From Candidatus Obscuribacteraceae bacterium (GTDB taxonomy: Bacteria; Cyanobacteriota; Vampirovibrionia; Obscuribacterales; Obscuribacteraceae): DNA of 64,000 bases. The translations under genes were made by a program, and so were the position numbers. The DNA lies in contig JBGASG010000006.1 of NCBI GenBank assembly GCA_044229845.1, positions 64,001 through 128,000 on the forward strand. The letters are read 5' to 3'. Shown here in pieces: positions 27,685 to 38,574 of this stretch. Below the pieces are notes generated by a model that was given only the letters and a program-made list of their open reading frames with translations, was not told where the DNA came from and did not search any database. The stretch's first letter is position 1. The number at the start of each line of letters is the position of its first letter.

Positions 27685-30600
27685 TTATTCAATGCCATAA
27701 GTGTCCATGCATTCCTGGACGCAATCATCACGTGTTTCCTCGGCTTGTCTTAGCTTAGCGCGTTTCTCATTGCCTTCGGGCATTGAGTCGACCTCTTTCA
27801 GATCAATTCGGTACCAATCATCGCAATCCTTGCAGCAATCGTCAAACGGATCCTTGTCCGGTTTTTGTTCTGGAGGATCATCGTGCCCGTCTGGCGGAGG
27901 CGGTCCTCCTCCTGCTCCGCCCATAATGACGGTCTCATCTGTCGGCGTCACGGGTGGACCGTCATCTTCGTCCTCGTCCTTCGGGCATGGATTAGGTGGT
28001 TGCGGATTAGGCGGTTCAGGCACAGGTCCCGGAGGCTGACTCTGATTGAATTGCTGCCAGAGCCATAGCAAAATGTCCATTAGGTCCATTTTTCTGATTA
28101 CGGCATTACCGCTTGGGTCCCTCCACATAGTCGGGCGATTCCCAACATATCGATATAGATTGAGGCCGCCCCTTTCTCCGATGCGATCGCGCGAAATGAA
28201 TCTACCGATCTTCGCGTTGTAAGCCCGCGTTCGAGTAAAGTTGAGCCCACTACGGGCATGCAGATAGTAACCGGCGAACTGAAAATCGCTGTCCTGCATA
28301 CTCTCAAGCGTCTTAGTCCTGCCAAAGGGATCAAAGCTATAAGAAGCCTGCACATCGCCGCTGTCGTCCGTCATTGTCCAGACGGAGCCAAGATGGTCCT
28401 TGTTGTAGAAATAGCTTGTTGAGTTATCGATCTGCCCGCGCGAGAAAAACTGCTTGGAGGCGTTTCCGCTGCCGTCGCGCTCTTCGCACCGAGTACTACC
28501 TGACCAAATATGCTGCTTGGTGCTGGTGACGCTGCTCGCAACGGTCTCCACAATTTTGACCATTCTTCCGAATGGGTCATATGTGAAAGCCGAGTTATTT
28601 CCCGAACTGGGATAAGTAATCTGAATTAGGCGGTTTTCGGCGTCCCATGCGAAGGAATTCGTTCCGTCGCTGGTTAAATTGCCGTTGTCGTCGTAGGTCA
28701 GCGTTTGGCTGCCAGCGCCCACCACTTCTAGCTTGTGGGTATTTGTTGTTGTACCGCTTCCGCCGCCGGCGGTGGCGCTGACGTTGACACTGTTACTCCC
28801 CGACGACAGCGCCGCGTTCCCAGAGAAATTCTGAGATGTCGTCATATCGACGGCATTTCCTGCGACAGTCACCGGCAGTACCGGTCTGTCGGTGTTTCCT
28901 TGGAAGTGGGCATTGCCACCGGCAGAAATGCCTGTCAGTTCGTTGACCGTATTGAAGGTCGCTTGAGAGGCCCCAATGTTCTTGCTCAGGGCAATCGTCT
29001 CGGTAGCGCCGCCACTCAGCGATTTGGCATACGTGGTCGCGTTTTTGGACGCAGAGATGAGGTTGACGACCGAGACACCAGATGTCGGTGTCACAGCAGT
29101 GGCGGACACACTTATCCCTTGGAGGTCCGTGTCGGCATTGATATTAGTCGCCAGTCCTGAGGCAATCGAATTCAGGGTGTCGCCGCTCTGGACCGTGTAA
29201 TTGACGGCTTTAGAGCCGCCGGACAAGCCGGCGTCGTAGACCGTTATTGTGAGTACATTGCCTGTTGTTTTGGTCCCACCAATGACAGCGGTCACCGTGC
29301 CGTTCGCTGGAAGGTCCCAGAGAATGGTTTCGGTTGCGCTGGTACTTCTCGACGGAAGGTAGGTGGTAGCATTTCGCGAGACAGATGTGACTGTTAGCAC
29401 AGTTCCTGATGATGAGGCAGAAACGCCTACAGCTTTCAGATCCGAGTCGGCGTTGAGTGCCGATGCGAATCCGCTGGTTATGGACGTGAGGTTGTCTCCG
29501 CTTTGAACTGTGTACGAAACGCCCTTAGACCCGCCGGATAGTCCGGCATCGAAAACCGTCAGAGTTAAGACATCTGCTGTTGTCTTGCTTCCGCCGATGA
29601 GGGCGTTGACGGTGCCATTCAAGCTTGGCCCGAGAGCGACAGTTTCCGTACCAGCGCCCGTGACCGACTTCGTGAAGGTCGTGACATTTGGCGAGAGTGA
29701 CTGAATGGCGATCACCGGTCCATTGGATGTCGCAGTGATGCCGGCTCCCGAGAGACTCCCGCTTCCGTTGATGGATGCCGTCAGAGCCGTGGCAATCGAG
29801 GTCAGCGTGTCGCCACCCTGGACTGTGCGGCTAACGCTCGTAGAACCACCGCCGAGGGCTGGATCATGAACGGTTATCTGAACGACGTCGCTCGTGGTTG
29901 GCGTGCCCCCGATAGTGGCGTTATGCAGAGCTGCATTCACGCCGAGGCTGGCGGTTTCTGTTGAACCACCGCTCAAGCTGGTCGCGAAGGTAGTCACGTT
30001 AGGAGACTTCGAGCGCAGCGTCACCGTGGTCCCGCTCGAAACAGCATCGATTCCAACCGATTGGCAATCGGAGTTCGCCGTTATCGTTGCAGCCAGATTG
30101 GCGGCAATCGTCGTTAGCGTGTCTCCAGAGAGCACTGTGTAAGCGACCGCTTCCGTACCTCCGCTCAATCCGCTGTCAGTTGCGGTGACGGTGATGACGT
30201 CACTAGTGGTTTTGCTGCCGCCGATCACGAGATTCTGGACCTGGCTCGTTTGCACGTCAGTCCGGTTGGCTGCGGAGTCGTAGGAGAAGAAGTGCTGGTC
30301 CGCGAATGGCGCGGGCAACACGCCCTTACCACTTACCGCTGCCGTCAGTTGACCTGCAGCGTCGTAATCCAGACCGAATCCCACGTGCCGGGTTTTCTGC
30401 TGCTGCATCCAGCGAGTGATTTGCCCCGTTGGATCTTGCGCATAGTTGAATTGAGACAATGCTTGCGAATTCGGATCAAGATTCCTTATCTCGCGTAAGC
30501 GTTGATCTTGATCGTTGCCGTACCAATCAAATGCAGTTGTTTGACCATTCGGATATGCGATACTGGCTAGTCGGGATTGTCCCTTTGAGACCCCGACGCC

Positions 30601-33600
30601 ATCATCTACATAGGTGAAGTCGAATTGTCCCAACTCGTTTGTTTCTGAGACGACGCGAGACATGCCGTCATAGACCCAATCGATCGAATTGTTTGTACCA
30701 TCTATAGAGCGGTTCGTCGTTCTACCCAATTCGTCATATTCAAAAGTGATATCAGAATTTGGAATTACCGTGTTCGTGATGGTTGCTAGTCTGCCACCAC
30801 CGGTGATGGGTGGATCGGTGGGATCCGTGATGTAATCGTTGTATTCATATTTATATGAGCCCCAACCATTGCGTGCCTCAATCAGGCGGTTGTAGTGGGT
30901 GTCATACGAATTGAGCACAGTAGAAGTCGCGTTGACTGCATCAACATACTGCAGCGAATTCAGAGTACCGTCCCAAATCCGATAATACTGCGTCTCCTGT
31001 CCGAGCGCATCTCGCTTGATTGCAAGGGCATTGCGATTTGTCTCCCAGATATATTTTGTGGTTGCATTGTCTTCCAAGACCTTCTCGATGACACGACCTT
31101 GCAAGTCGTGATTCCAGGTTGTTGTATGCCCGGCAGCATCGGTGAGTTCGCTGAGCGAACCACAAGAGCACCAGGTGTAGGATGTTTTCCTGCCTAGCGG
31201 ATCAATCTCGAATGCGAGCTGGTCCATGTTGTCGAATGAGCGTTGTGTGGTTCTCCCGAGACGATCTATGAAGAAGATCGCGTCAAGGTCTTGGAACACT
31301 GTCTGCTGCGTGGTCTGATCAGGAAATGTCGTTTTGACCAAACGATCCATGTCATCGTAGTCAAACGACAATGTGTAACCTTCCGCATCCGTGCTTGACG
31401 CGAGCGTTCCGTTTTCATTCAAGACCAGGGTTGTGACATCGTCTTCTTGAAGCGGACCGGTTATTTTTGTCAGGAAGCCATAGGCGACCGGCGACAGGGA
31501 GACGGTTACGCCGCCGGTTACCGCCTGGCTATAGCTCGTCGCGTTGACCGAAACAGACTTGATGGTCAAGTCTGCACCACTTGCACTCGCCGAAACGCCG
31601 AGGGTCTGCAGATCTGTATTGCCATTGATATTGGAAGCCAATGATGCGGCGACGTTGCTAGCCGTTTGTCCCGGCGTAGCGGTGTGAGATACCGTCTCCG
31701 AGCCACCAGGCAGATCCGGATCAGACACGGTGATGCTTGCCTGGTTGCCCGAGCTGATGGTGCCGCCTATGGTGGCATTCTCCGTTGACGTGTATTCGTA
31801 CGTCGTCACATTAGAAAGGGGATCCGTGACAGAGGTGAGCTGCCCGAAGACATTGTAGGTCATGTCGGTCTCTTGTCCTGAGCCGTCCATTTTTGTCAGC
31901 GGCAGATGTTGGCTGTTGTATGTGAATGTCCCAAGGACGAAATCATTGCTGTCGCGCGTTTCGTGAATTTCCTCCAAATCAATATTGTTTGCGGCATACT
32001 CGTAGGAAATCTCGCGCCCGGCGGGATGAGTAGTTAGCCCAGAACGCACCGACTCCCCAGCCCAAGTGACAAAAGATCTTGTTACCGCTCGCAGAGAAGG
32101 AGCAATTATGGGAACGACTGAACGAGTCATCCGTTAGCATGTATGCAACTTTCTGAGCGATCGTTTCCAGCGTGTCTCCACTGACGACAGTGTACGAGAA
32201 GACTGGGTAGGTAGGTGGATAAGCCGAGTGCAAGTAGACAATGTCGCCGGCAGTTGGTGTGCCGCCAAAAACTATGTTCACGGGAGAGCGGCTCCAGTCC
32301 TGTTCCAGCTCCGCTGTGAAAGTCTCGGTAGCGCCGCCTGATGTCAGAGCCTGCGGATAACTGTAATAGACATCTTCGGGAGTTACAACCAGGTAGCCGT
32401 CGTCCATCTCAGCGTAAATTCCACGCTTGAGAAATTCGCTGTCGTTGTTGACCAGGTCGCCCAATTCTTCGAGTATATCGTTGGCGGTGTCGCCGCTCTG
32501 CACCGTATATGATACCGTTTTCACTGCGCCCGGCAGCAGGTTGTTCCAGATCCGCACCGAGAGAATATCTCCTGGTGTGATGGTGCCCGTAATCGAAAAA
32601 CGCGCTTTCAAATTATAGTCATTTCGTTGCGTGATTGCGCTCGGCCGGTTTAGTGTGTCGTAGAAGCCTGAAGAGATTTGATTCGGGTACGTGTATGCAA
32701 TCTGAGACTCAAGCGGATTCTTTGAAGCACGTGCAATTGGCGCAACATTAGCTGAGAAACCCTCAGCAAACCACGTTGTCTTGCGGCAGTGCGAAAATAT
32801 CCGGTTGGTTGGATCATTTGGGTAGCGTGCCATGGCCTCGCGGTCCCAGTAGTGCGTTTCATTTTCATGATCCAGAGTGTGCTCAATAACAGATGTGGTG
32901 CCATCAGGATAAGCGAAATTCAGTCCGCGTCCTGGGTACACATAGCCGGTCGAAATCGTGTAACTGTCAAAATCAGTCGTACCATACGGCGTCGTCAAAG
33001 ACTCGCAGAAAGCGCTTCCGACGTCATATGTGAAAGTTGATTCAATGCCAACGGCGTCAGTAATTGCCTCCAGAAAATAGTTGCCATCGTAGGAAAAGGA
33101 GCAGTCTCTGCCAAATGGATCGTGGATCGCAGAGATCAGGAAGAAGTCCGGGTCGAGCGGGTTATTTGATGCATGATCAAACGTGGTCACATTTCCGTTA
33201 GCATCCGTCACCGACTGGATTCGAAAGTCGACATCGTAGGCGACGGTTGCACTATTGCCTTGTGGATCAATCACTTCTGTCATGAAGTAGTTGTCGTTGC
33301 CGTCATCCAGATCGAAGACTTCAATCGAGCCGTCCGGTAATTCGCGGTGATAGACACCGGCACTTGGAACAGTCAATTCCGCTACGGACATGACATCTGG
33401 ATCGTAAGGATCACCTGAATTTCCTGTGTAGTCATGCGGCTCTACGCCACCGTCGCGCAAGTGTACCGTTGCGTTATTTGAACCGTCTATGGAGATCCAA
33501 GACACCCAGTTAGTAGACCAGTTCGGTCCAAGATTGGAGAACGTAAACGTAGCAGGTTGCTCAATTTCATTCTGGCTGTAATTGACCGCAAATCTCATGT

Positions 33601-34918
33601 CAGGACCGATTGGACAGTTATAGGACAGTGGCTCATCACGAATGTTCAACTCTGCTTGCATGGTCCATGCGGTTGCCACCGCCATGCCACCACATCCGCA
33701 GTTGGGACCGGTGCATTGATTCGGATGGTCTGAGCCTTTGTTTTCGTTACTTGTTTGCATGTAGCCTTTGCCGAATATATTCGCGGCTACAGAATCTGAA
33801 ACAGGCTCCCAACCAGCAGGCAATTCTCCTGCCGGCACAAGAAAGAATCCATCACTCTCCGAATCTATAGCTCGCTTGCTTACCCAAAGTTGCCCGTTTC
33901 GATCAAAGGTCGGATCTTCAATATGGAACTTGCTGTCCTTCAACTCAGTTAGCGCGCCATAGTGTCCTGCACGCCAATGCATAACAGCCGGCAATAACAC
34001 GTCAGCTCCAGGGGATCGCTTAGCAATCTGCATATTCAAGCCGCCCTTCTGGGCCAGCTGCTTAACCTCGAGCAACGAATTGCCCTTGCTGGTCGACTTT
34101 GCTTTGCGAATAAATGAATCGGCTGGCACCGGAGTGCCCTTAAGTTCCATCAGCGTTTGTACGGCAAAGGGTCCGCATCTAAATGCATCACCTGGCGCTT
34201 TCTGCATGACCTGGACCGCATCGCGTGCTGCGGAAACTCTCTCACTGGATGAACCCACCATCGGACGATTTCCAATTTCAGCCAGTCCGACTTTCATTTC
34301 GTCCAATCTGCCAAGCATCCCCTCTAAGAAGAGAAGTTCTGAAAGAGCACGTTGAGCCAGTTGAGATTGCTCCTTTCCTTTTGCACTCTTCGACTGCTGC
34401 CATGAGGTATTCAGCAGGGCAAGTGCCTCGCTGATATAACCTGTTTCTCGGCGGAGCAATCCGACGTTCAATGCAAGCGCAGCATTCCAGCGCGAGTTAG
34501 GATGCGTATCCATGAATGAAGTAATTGCAGATACGTCTTCCGGGTCATTCTTCGCCTTGAATGCAATCAAAGCCTTCGCAAGCTCCGCATTTTCTCCGGC
34601 CACTCGTGATCCAGTCATTGCCACCAGTGGTTCGGAGAAGGACCTCGATCTAAAAATTTCGGCATCAGTAGGAGCTGGTGACAGTACAAATTGATGTTTG
34701 CGCGCAGTCGACATGGCAGCTCGTTCCTGGGCGCTGACAGCGCCAATAGGATTGTGAGGCATCTTCTTTGGTGCATGTCCGTGCGGCGCTCGCCTCATCG
34801 GATGAACCGGCTCGGCTGCCATTACCGGCAATACCGCCTGGGTGAAAACAACCAGGATTGACATAAGGCTACTCATGCCTTTTTTCAGAGTCTGGTTATT
34901 CTTGGAAGTGCGAAACAT
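27685..34918 (-). pseudogene. Giant Rhs/YD-repeat protein (signal peptide, C39 peptidase-like domain, YD shell, inserted repeats, core, Cys-rich tip), split by a frameshift near 32025
   Basis: Overlapping ORFs 31979..34918 and 27685..32130. Motifs RCGPFA..HW..GHY..IEDP, DPxG/YD repeats, NKDHLGSV, GRFISRD and DPSG. Confidence 0.88.
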
Positions 34919-34939
34919 AATTCTCCTGCTTTGTCAGTT

Positions 34940-35401
34940 TTACTGACCGATAACTGGGCGCTGCAAATTGATGACTGGTGCGGTGGTGCCACCAGCGGAT
35001 GGTGCGGGGTACTTCTGGGCGTCTAAGGTGTATGAGGCCGTGACGACGCTGCTGGTCGAAACACCGACGACAGCTATAGCCTTGATCGTTTCGCTCCAGC
35101 GAATGGTCAGTGGTCCGGTGTATAAGGTGCTGCCGGTCGAAGGCGAACTTCCATCACGAGTAAAACGGATCTCGCCATCAAAAGGAATCGCGATCGCCAC
35201 CTGATGCGGGGCGGAGAAGTTTGTGCCGCTGGGGACGCTAAATACTGGGTTGCGTGGTGCTGCCTGTGCAGCCAAGCACACAAGTAGGAGGATTGCGCTC
35301 GCGACTACGAATATCCAAAGCACTTGTTCGAACCAATCGAACAAGCGCTTTCTAATTTGAGAGCGGCACAGCTTATGGTGCTCTGGTGAAATGTGCAGCA
35401 T
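34940..35401 (-). CDS. Exported protein with a chitobiase/beta-hexosaminidase C-terminal (Fn3-associated) domain
   Basis: PVFS..SG....IRFTRDGSSP..S.LYTGPLTI..SETIKAIAV after a hydrophobic segment; 21 bp upstream of rhs. Confidence 0.8.
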   Translation of the reverse strand: MLHISPEHHKLCRSQIRKRLFDWFEQVLWIFVVASAILLLVCLAAQAAPRNPVFSVPSGTNFSAPHQVAIAIPFDGEIRFTRDGSSPSTGSTLYTGPLTIRWSETIKAIAVVGVSTSSVVTASYTLDAQKYPAPSAGGTTAPVINLQRPVIGQ

Positions 35402-36350
35402 TGTCTATCACACCTCCTGATAAGTGTGCATGCGTCTACTTGCGAGCTTAAGATCTCGCGCGGATTTAATGACTCAATGGGCACCAGAAGCGGTGCCTCT
35501 CACTATAGAGGAAAGATATGCGCTCGCTTCTTCATGGCTGAGCGTCGTGCTCTATACGTTTCGCGTCGCTCATTCCCCAGCGTCTTTCTGGTGGCTGTTG
35601 CGGCGACATGGAAGCCTTGGGTTTCTTCTACTCCGGGACGTGGGCAGGCAGGCAATCGCCTGTCGAACCAGTTCTACTAAAAGATATCCAGGACAGGCGT
35701 TTCGAAATTCAAGTTAGGTATTTGTGTGATCATTCGATTGAACCTTTTAATCTCTTGAACTTCTCGCCGCCTGCCTGGGCAAGGGATGCTTTGCGGATTC
35801 CAATTAGGTTATTGTCCACAAACGTCAAAACTTTCAAGCCCCCCTCTGAAGGGTGGCGCTTGAAGTGCCGCTCGGTATGTGGTTGTCCGGCTGTGTGCCT
35901 GTAAGAACAGGGTAAGATACAGGACCTCGGCGATGAGTGCGTCAGCGAATATAGGATTTCTCTCAAGTTCCAAAAGCCAGTCTCCGTGACATTGGAACGC
36001 CCTGTGAGGGGTCCACTCATTCTTGTGCTGACACTACCCTCGGTGCTGTCCTTCCTGAGCGATTTGTGTGGATATAGCGAAAACCCCTAATGTTACACAA
36101 TTCGAAACTGTCGGAGGAGTTACCCTCGCCGCCAACCAAATTTTACTGGGTCCTCTGGCGCTACCATCGGGTCGTTGTGACGAAATCATCACAAGTTTCC
36201 AACAGCGGTTTTTAACTTTTTCTGTGGACAACGACACCATAAGCGGTGCCGCTTGTCAACCGGCGTGTATCTGCTATGCTGTATTTGGAAACCCGGGAGT
36301 CGGCATTCAGGCTGACTTTCAGGAGGCAGCCGGTTCCAAGGTACACCGAG

Positions 36351-37277
36351 ATGGTTGGCACAGAACCAGAGTCAGCACCCCCCGACGCCGAACCTGAGGA
36401 ACACAGGGAATCGGAGCATGAGGAAGAGAATCCCGCCGCAGAGCGTCAATTCGCGGACGATAGCGAGAAACGGGGCGTCAGCACCGAAACGACGGTCGAC
36501 GAAATTGATCTAGTTAAGAAGGGAGATTCGACTGCCTTTGAATCCTTGCTCAACCGACACTCCGCGATAATCTCTCGATGTGCGCGAAGGTTCACACGCC
36601 CCAACCTGGGACTCGAGTTTTCCGACCTGTGTTCAGTGGGTAATGAAGCTCTTTGGGATGCTGCCAAGAAATTTGACCCCAATAGAGAAGTTCGATTCTC
36701 AACATTCGCTACAACCCTCATCTTTCGCGGTATATATCGCTACGCGCGCAGAACTGGCGAACTATTGCATCGATCTGAGAGATGGAGGAAGATTGAAGAG
36801 CGAGTTGAAGCACTCGAATATGAGACCTATACTTTATCGGGACGAACACTGTCTGAAACGGAAGTTGCAGCCTTGCTCGATCTTACCGCTCAGGAAGTTT
36901 TGGAAGTAAGAAGTCTAAGGCGATGGATCGTATCCGGAGATCAAAAAGAGAGTGAGGACGATGCAGACGTTCCGTATGCGAATTTTCCTGACGATAACGA
37001 TTCATTTGCGAAAGTCCAGGATAGGGATACGGTGAAGTTCCTTCTCAAGGACCTCACTCCGCGCGAGCGCGATGTCCTCATTCTAAGACTTGATCTTCTT
37101 GGAGACGGCGAGCACACCTTGGACGAGATTGGAAAGAAGTGGAAGATAACCGCAGAGCGAGTCAGGCAGATTGAAGCAAAAGCCTATTCGAAGTTTCGTT
37201 CGAAGCGCATCTTGGACATGCTATACGGACCAGCGAGTGCTTCGGCGCCAAATGTCGCTTCACCGACTTCGCTGTAG
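36351..37277 (+). CDS. Sigma-70 family RNA polymerase sigma factor
   Basis: Region 2 DLCSVGNEALWDAAKKFDP..RFSTFA and region 4 LTPRERDVL..TLDEIG..ITAERVRQIE. ORF runs from 36246; start uncertain. Confidence 0.9.
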   Translation: MVGTEPESAPPDAEPEEHRESEHEEENPAAERQFADDSEKRGVSTETTVDEIDLVKKGDSTAFESLLNRHSAIISRCARRFTRPNLGLEFSDLCSVGNEALWDAAKKFDPNREVRFSTFATTLIFRGIYRYARRTGELLHRSERWRKIEERVEALEYETYTLSGRTLSETEVAALLDLTAQEVLEVRSLRRWIVSGDQKESEDDADVPYANFPDDNDSFAKVQDRDTVKFLLKDLTPRERDVLILRLDLLGDGEHTLDEIGKKWKITAERVRQIEAKAYSKFRSKRILDMLYGPASASAPNVASPTSL

Positions 37278-37312
37278 ATTGGAAGGCTAGCGACGTCCAA
37301 TCTGGAAGTGCG

Positions 37313-37954
37313 TCATGCTTTTGGCTTCGAAAGGGCGACAAGATCGCCCGGCGCGCCTCTGAACCGATTTACATCAACGTTGCCGGAGACGCCAGGAATT
37401 TGGCCTTTATCGCTAAATTGCCAGAAAGTCCACTTCGACCAGGGTGGCGGAATCAACGGATTGGGTTTCGATGTGTAGTGCGCAATCCAGAGCGGATAAC
37501 TGCTGAGTTCAGGATATTTAGCCGATTGCAGAACGTCTCGCGCGAAATAAAACCCGAGGTACAAAATAGGTTTCGTGCCGAGTTCTTCCTCGACCATGCG
37601 CAGCCAGGTCAGAACCATTTCCATTCTCTGGTGCGGTGCAATCGGAGTCCACTTGTTGCCTTCCAAGTCCAGGACGGCAGGGAGGTCGCCGGCACCGGCT
37701 GCTTGAAGCGTCGACAGGAAGTGCTTGGCTTGCAGGGCGGCGGGTTGCGTTGGGTCAAAGAAGTGGTATGCACCACGGACGATTCCTTGGGATTTTGTTT
37801 CTGCCCAGTCGTGCTTAAAACGCGGGTTGACGTATTTGATTCCTTCGGTTGCCTTGATAAAGGCGAATGTAATGCCGCTAGCCTTGACCTTCGCCCACGA
37901 GATTTTTCCCTGCCAACTTGATGTATCGATCCCTTCCAGCATAAGTGCCACCAT
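37313..37954 (-). CDS. Glycoside hydrolase family 25 lysozyme/muramidase
   Basis: GIDTSSWQG, FIKATEG, GAYHFF, LDLE, LWIAHY, WQFS and VDVN. Confidence 0.93.
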   Translation of the reverse strand: MVALMLEGIDTSSWQGKISWAKVKASGITFAFIKATEGIKYVNPRFKHDWAETKSQGIVRGAYHFFDPTQPAALQAKHFLSTLQAAGAGDLPAVLDLEGNKWTPIAPHQRMEMVLTWLRMVEEELGTKPILYLGFYFARDVLQSAKYPELSSYPLWIAHYTSKPNPLIPPPWSKWTFWQFSDKGQIPGVSGNVDVNRFRGAPGDLVALSKPKA

Positions 37955-38145
37955 TCCTGAAGTCGCACTTCCATCCTATCGCCTGGTGTCGGTTTGCGCT
38001 AGTCCCCGGCACCGGTGACAGTGGCAGACATTGTCTCCACCTGTGGTGCCCTTGACGGAATCGCCAAGTCGCACTATAACGGTAAAAGAGGCTCCAGAAC
38101 TTAGCGGGAGCCGATTCGGGAGAGGTCCGGACGGACCGTCGAACT

Positions 38146-38553
38146 ATGGCATTCAGCAATAATAATGATGATCATGATCTAGATCTATTTTGTTTGGCTA
38201 CCAGGGATGGTGGCGTTAAGTGGACCATTGTCCAACGGATGGACGGAGCGCTTTTTGATGTCGCGACCGTGGAAGGTTGCTCTCAACCTGTCGCTGCCTG
38301 GATCGTCGAATCCATGAATGAACTTCATCGGAGCGAACAAAGGTTTCTCGTCCGCCGGGCGCTCGCCGAGGCTTTCGATAAGCGCGACGAGCAGATGCGC
38401 CTTCAGAAATCTGACAATCGGGTCCGCCGCGCCGAGCACGTGATCTGGTGCATCTACCAGATCGCGAGTGAACCCCAAAAGGCGGCCGAGGCGCAGTGGC
38501 AACCGGTGCTAAATGTGTTGCGCGCGTATTTCGAACGCTTCCGGGGGACGTAG
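38146..38553 (+). CDS. Hypothetical protein, paralog of 40428..40823
   Basis: Shared FCLAT...W..V....V.T.E.C....A.WIV...N..H..EQR. Confidence 0.7.
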   Translation: MAFSNNNDDHDLDLFCLATRDGGVKWTIVQRMDGALFDVATVEGCSQPVAAWIVESMNELHRSEQRFLVRRALAEAFDKRDEQMRLQKSDNRVRRAEHVIWCIYQIASEPQKAAEAQWQPVLNVLRAYFERFRGT

Positions 38554-38574
38554 GTGCCAAGCGGATGATCGAGG

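Larger units (their letters stand above)
23114..28622 (-). mobile_element. Putative rhs-targeting integrative element A; supplies the current 3' end of the main rhs
   Basis: 25-bp direct repeats at 23101-23125 and 28598-28622. Contains Rhs-CT, Clp-N gene, oriT-like site, RHH, IS110 and int. Confidence 0.78.

Noticed and set aside
3120..28622. Integron or shufflon interpretation of the cassette array
   Set aside because: No attC-type sites or IntI insertion seen. Each cassette has its own arm-binding integrase, and cores within an array are direct repeats, which fits tandem integration better.
28990..32610. Calling the inserted Rhs repeats LysM domains
   Set aside because: Only YTVxSGDTL..IA matches. 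The units are about twice LysM length and lack the LysM C-terminal pattern.
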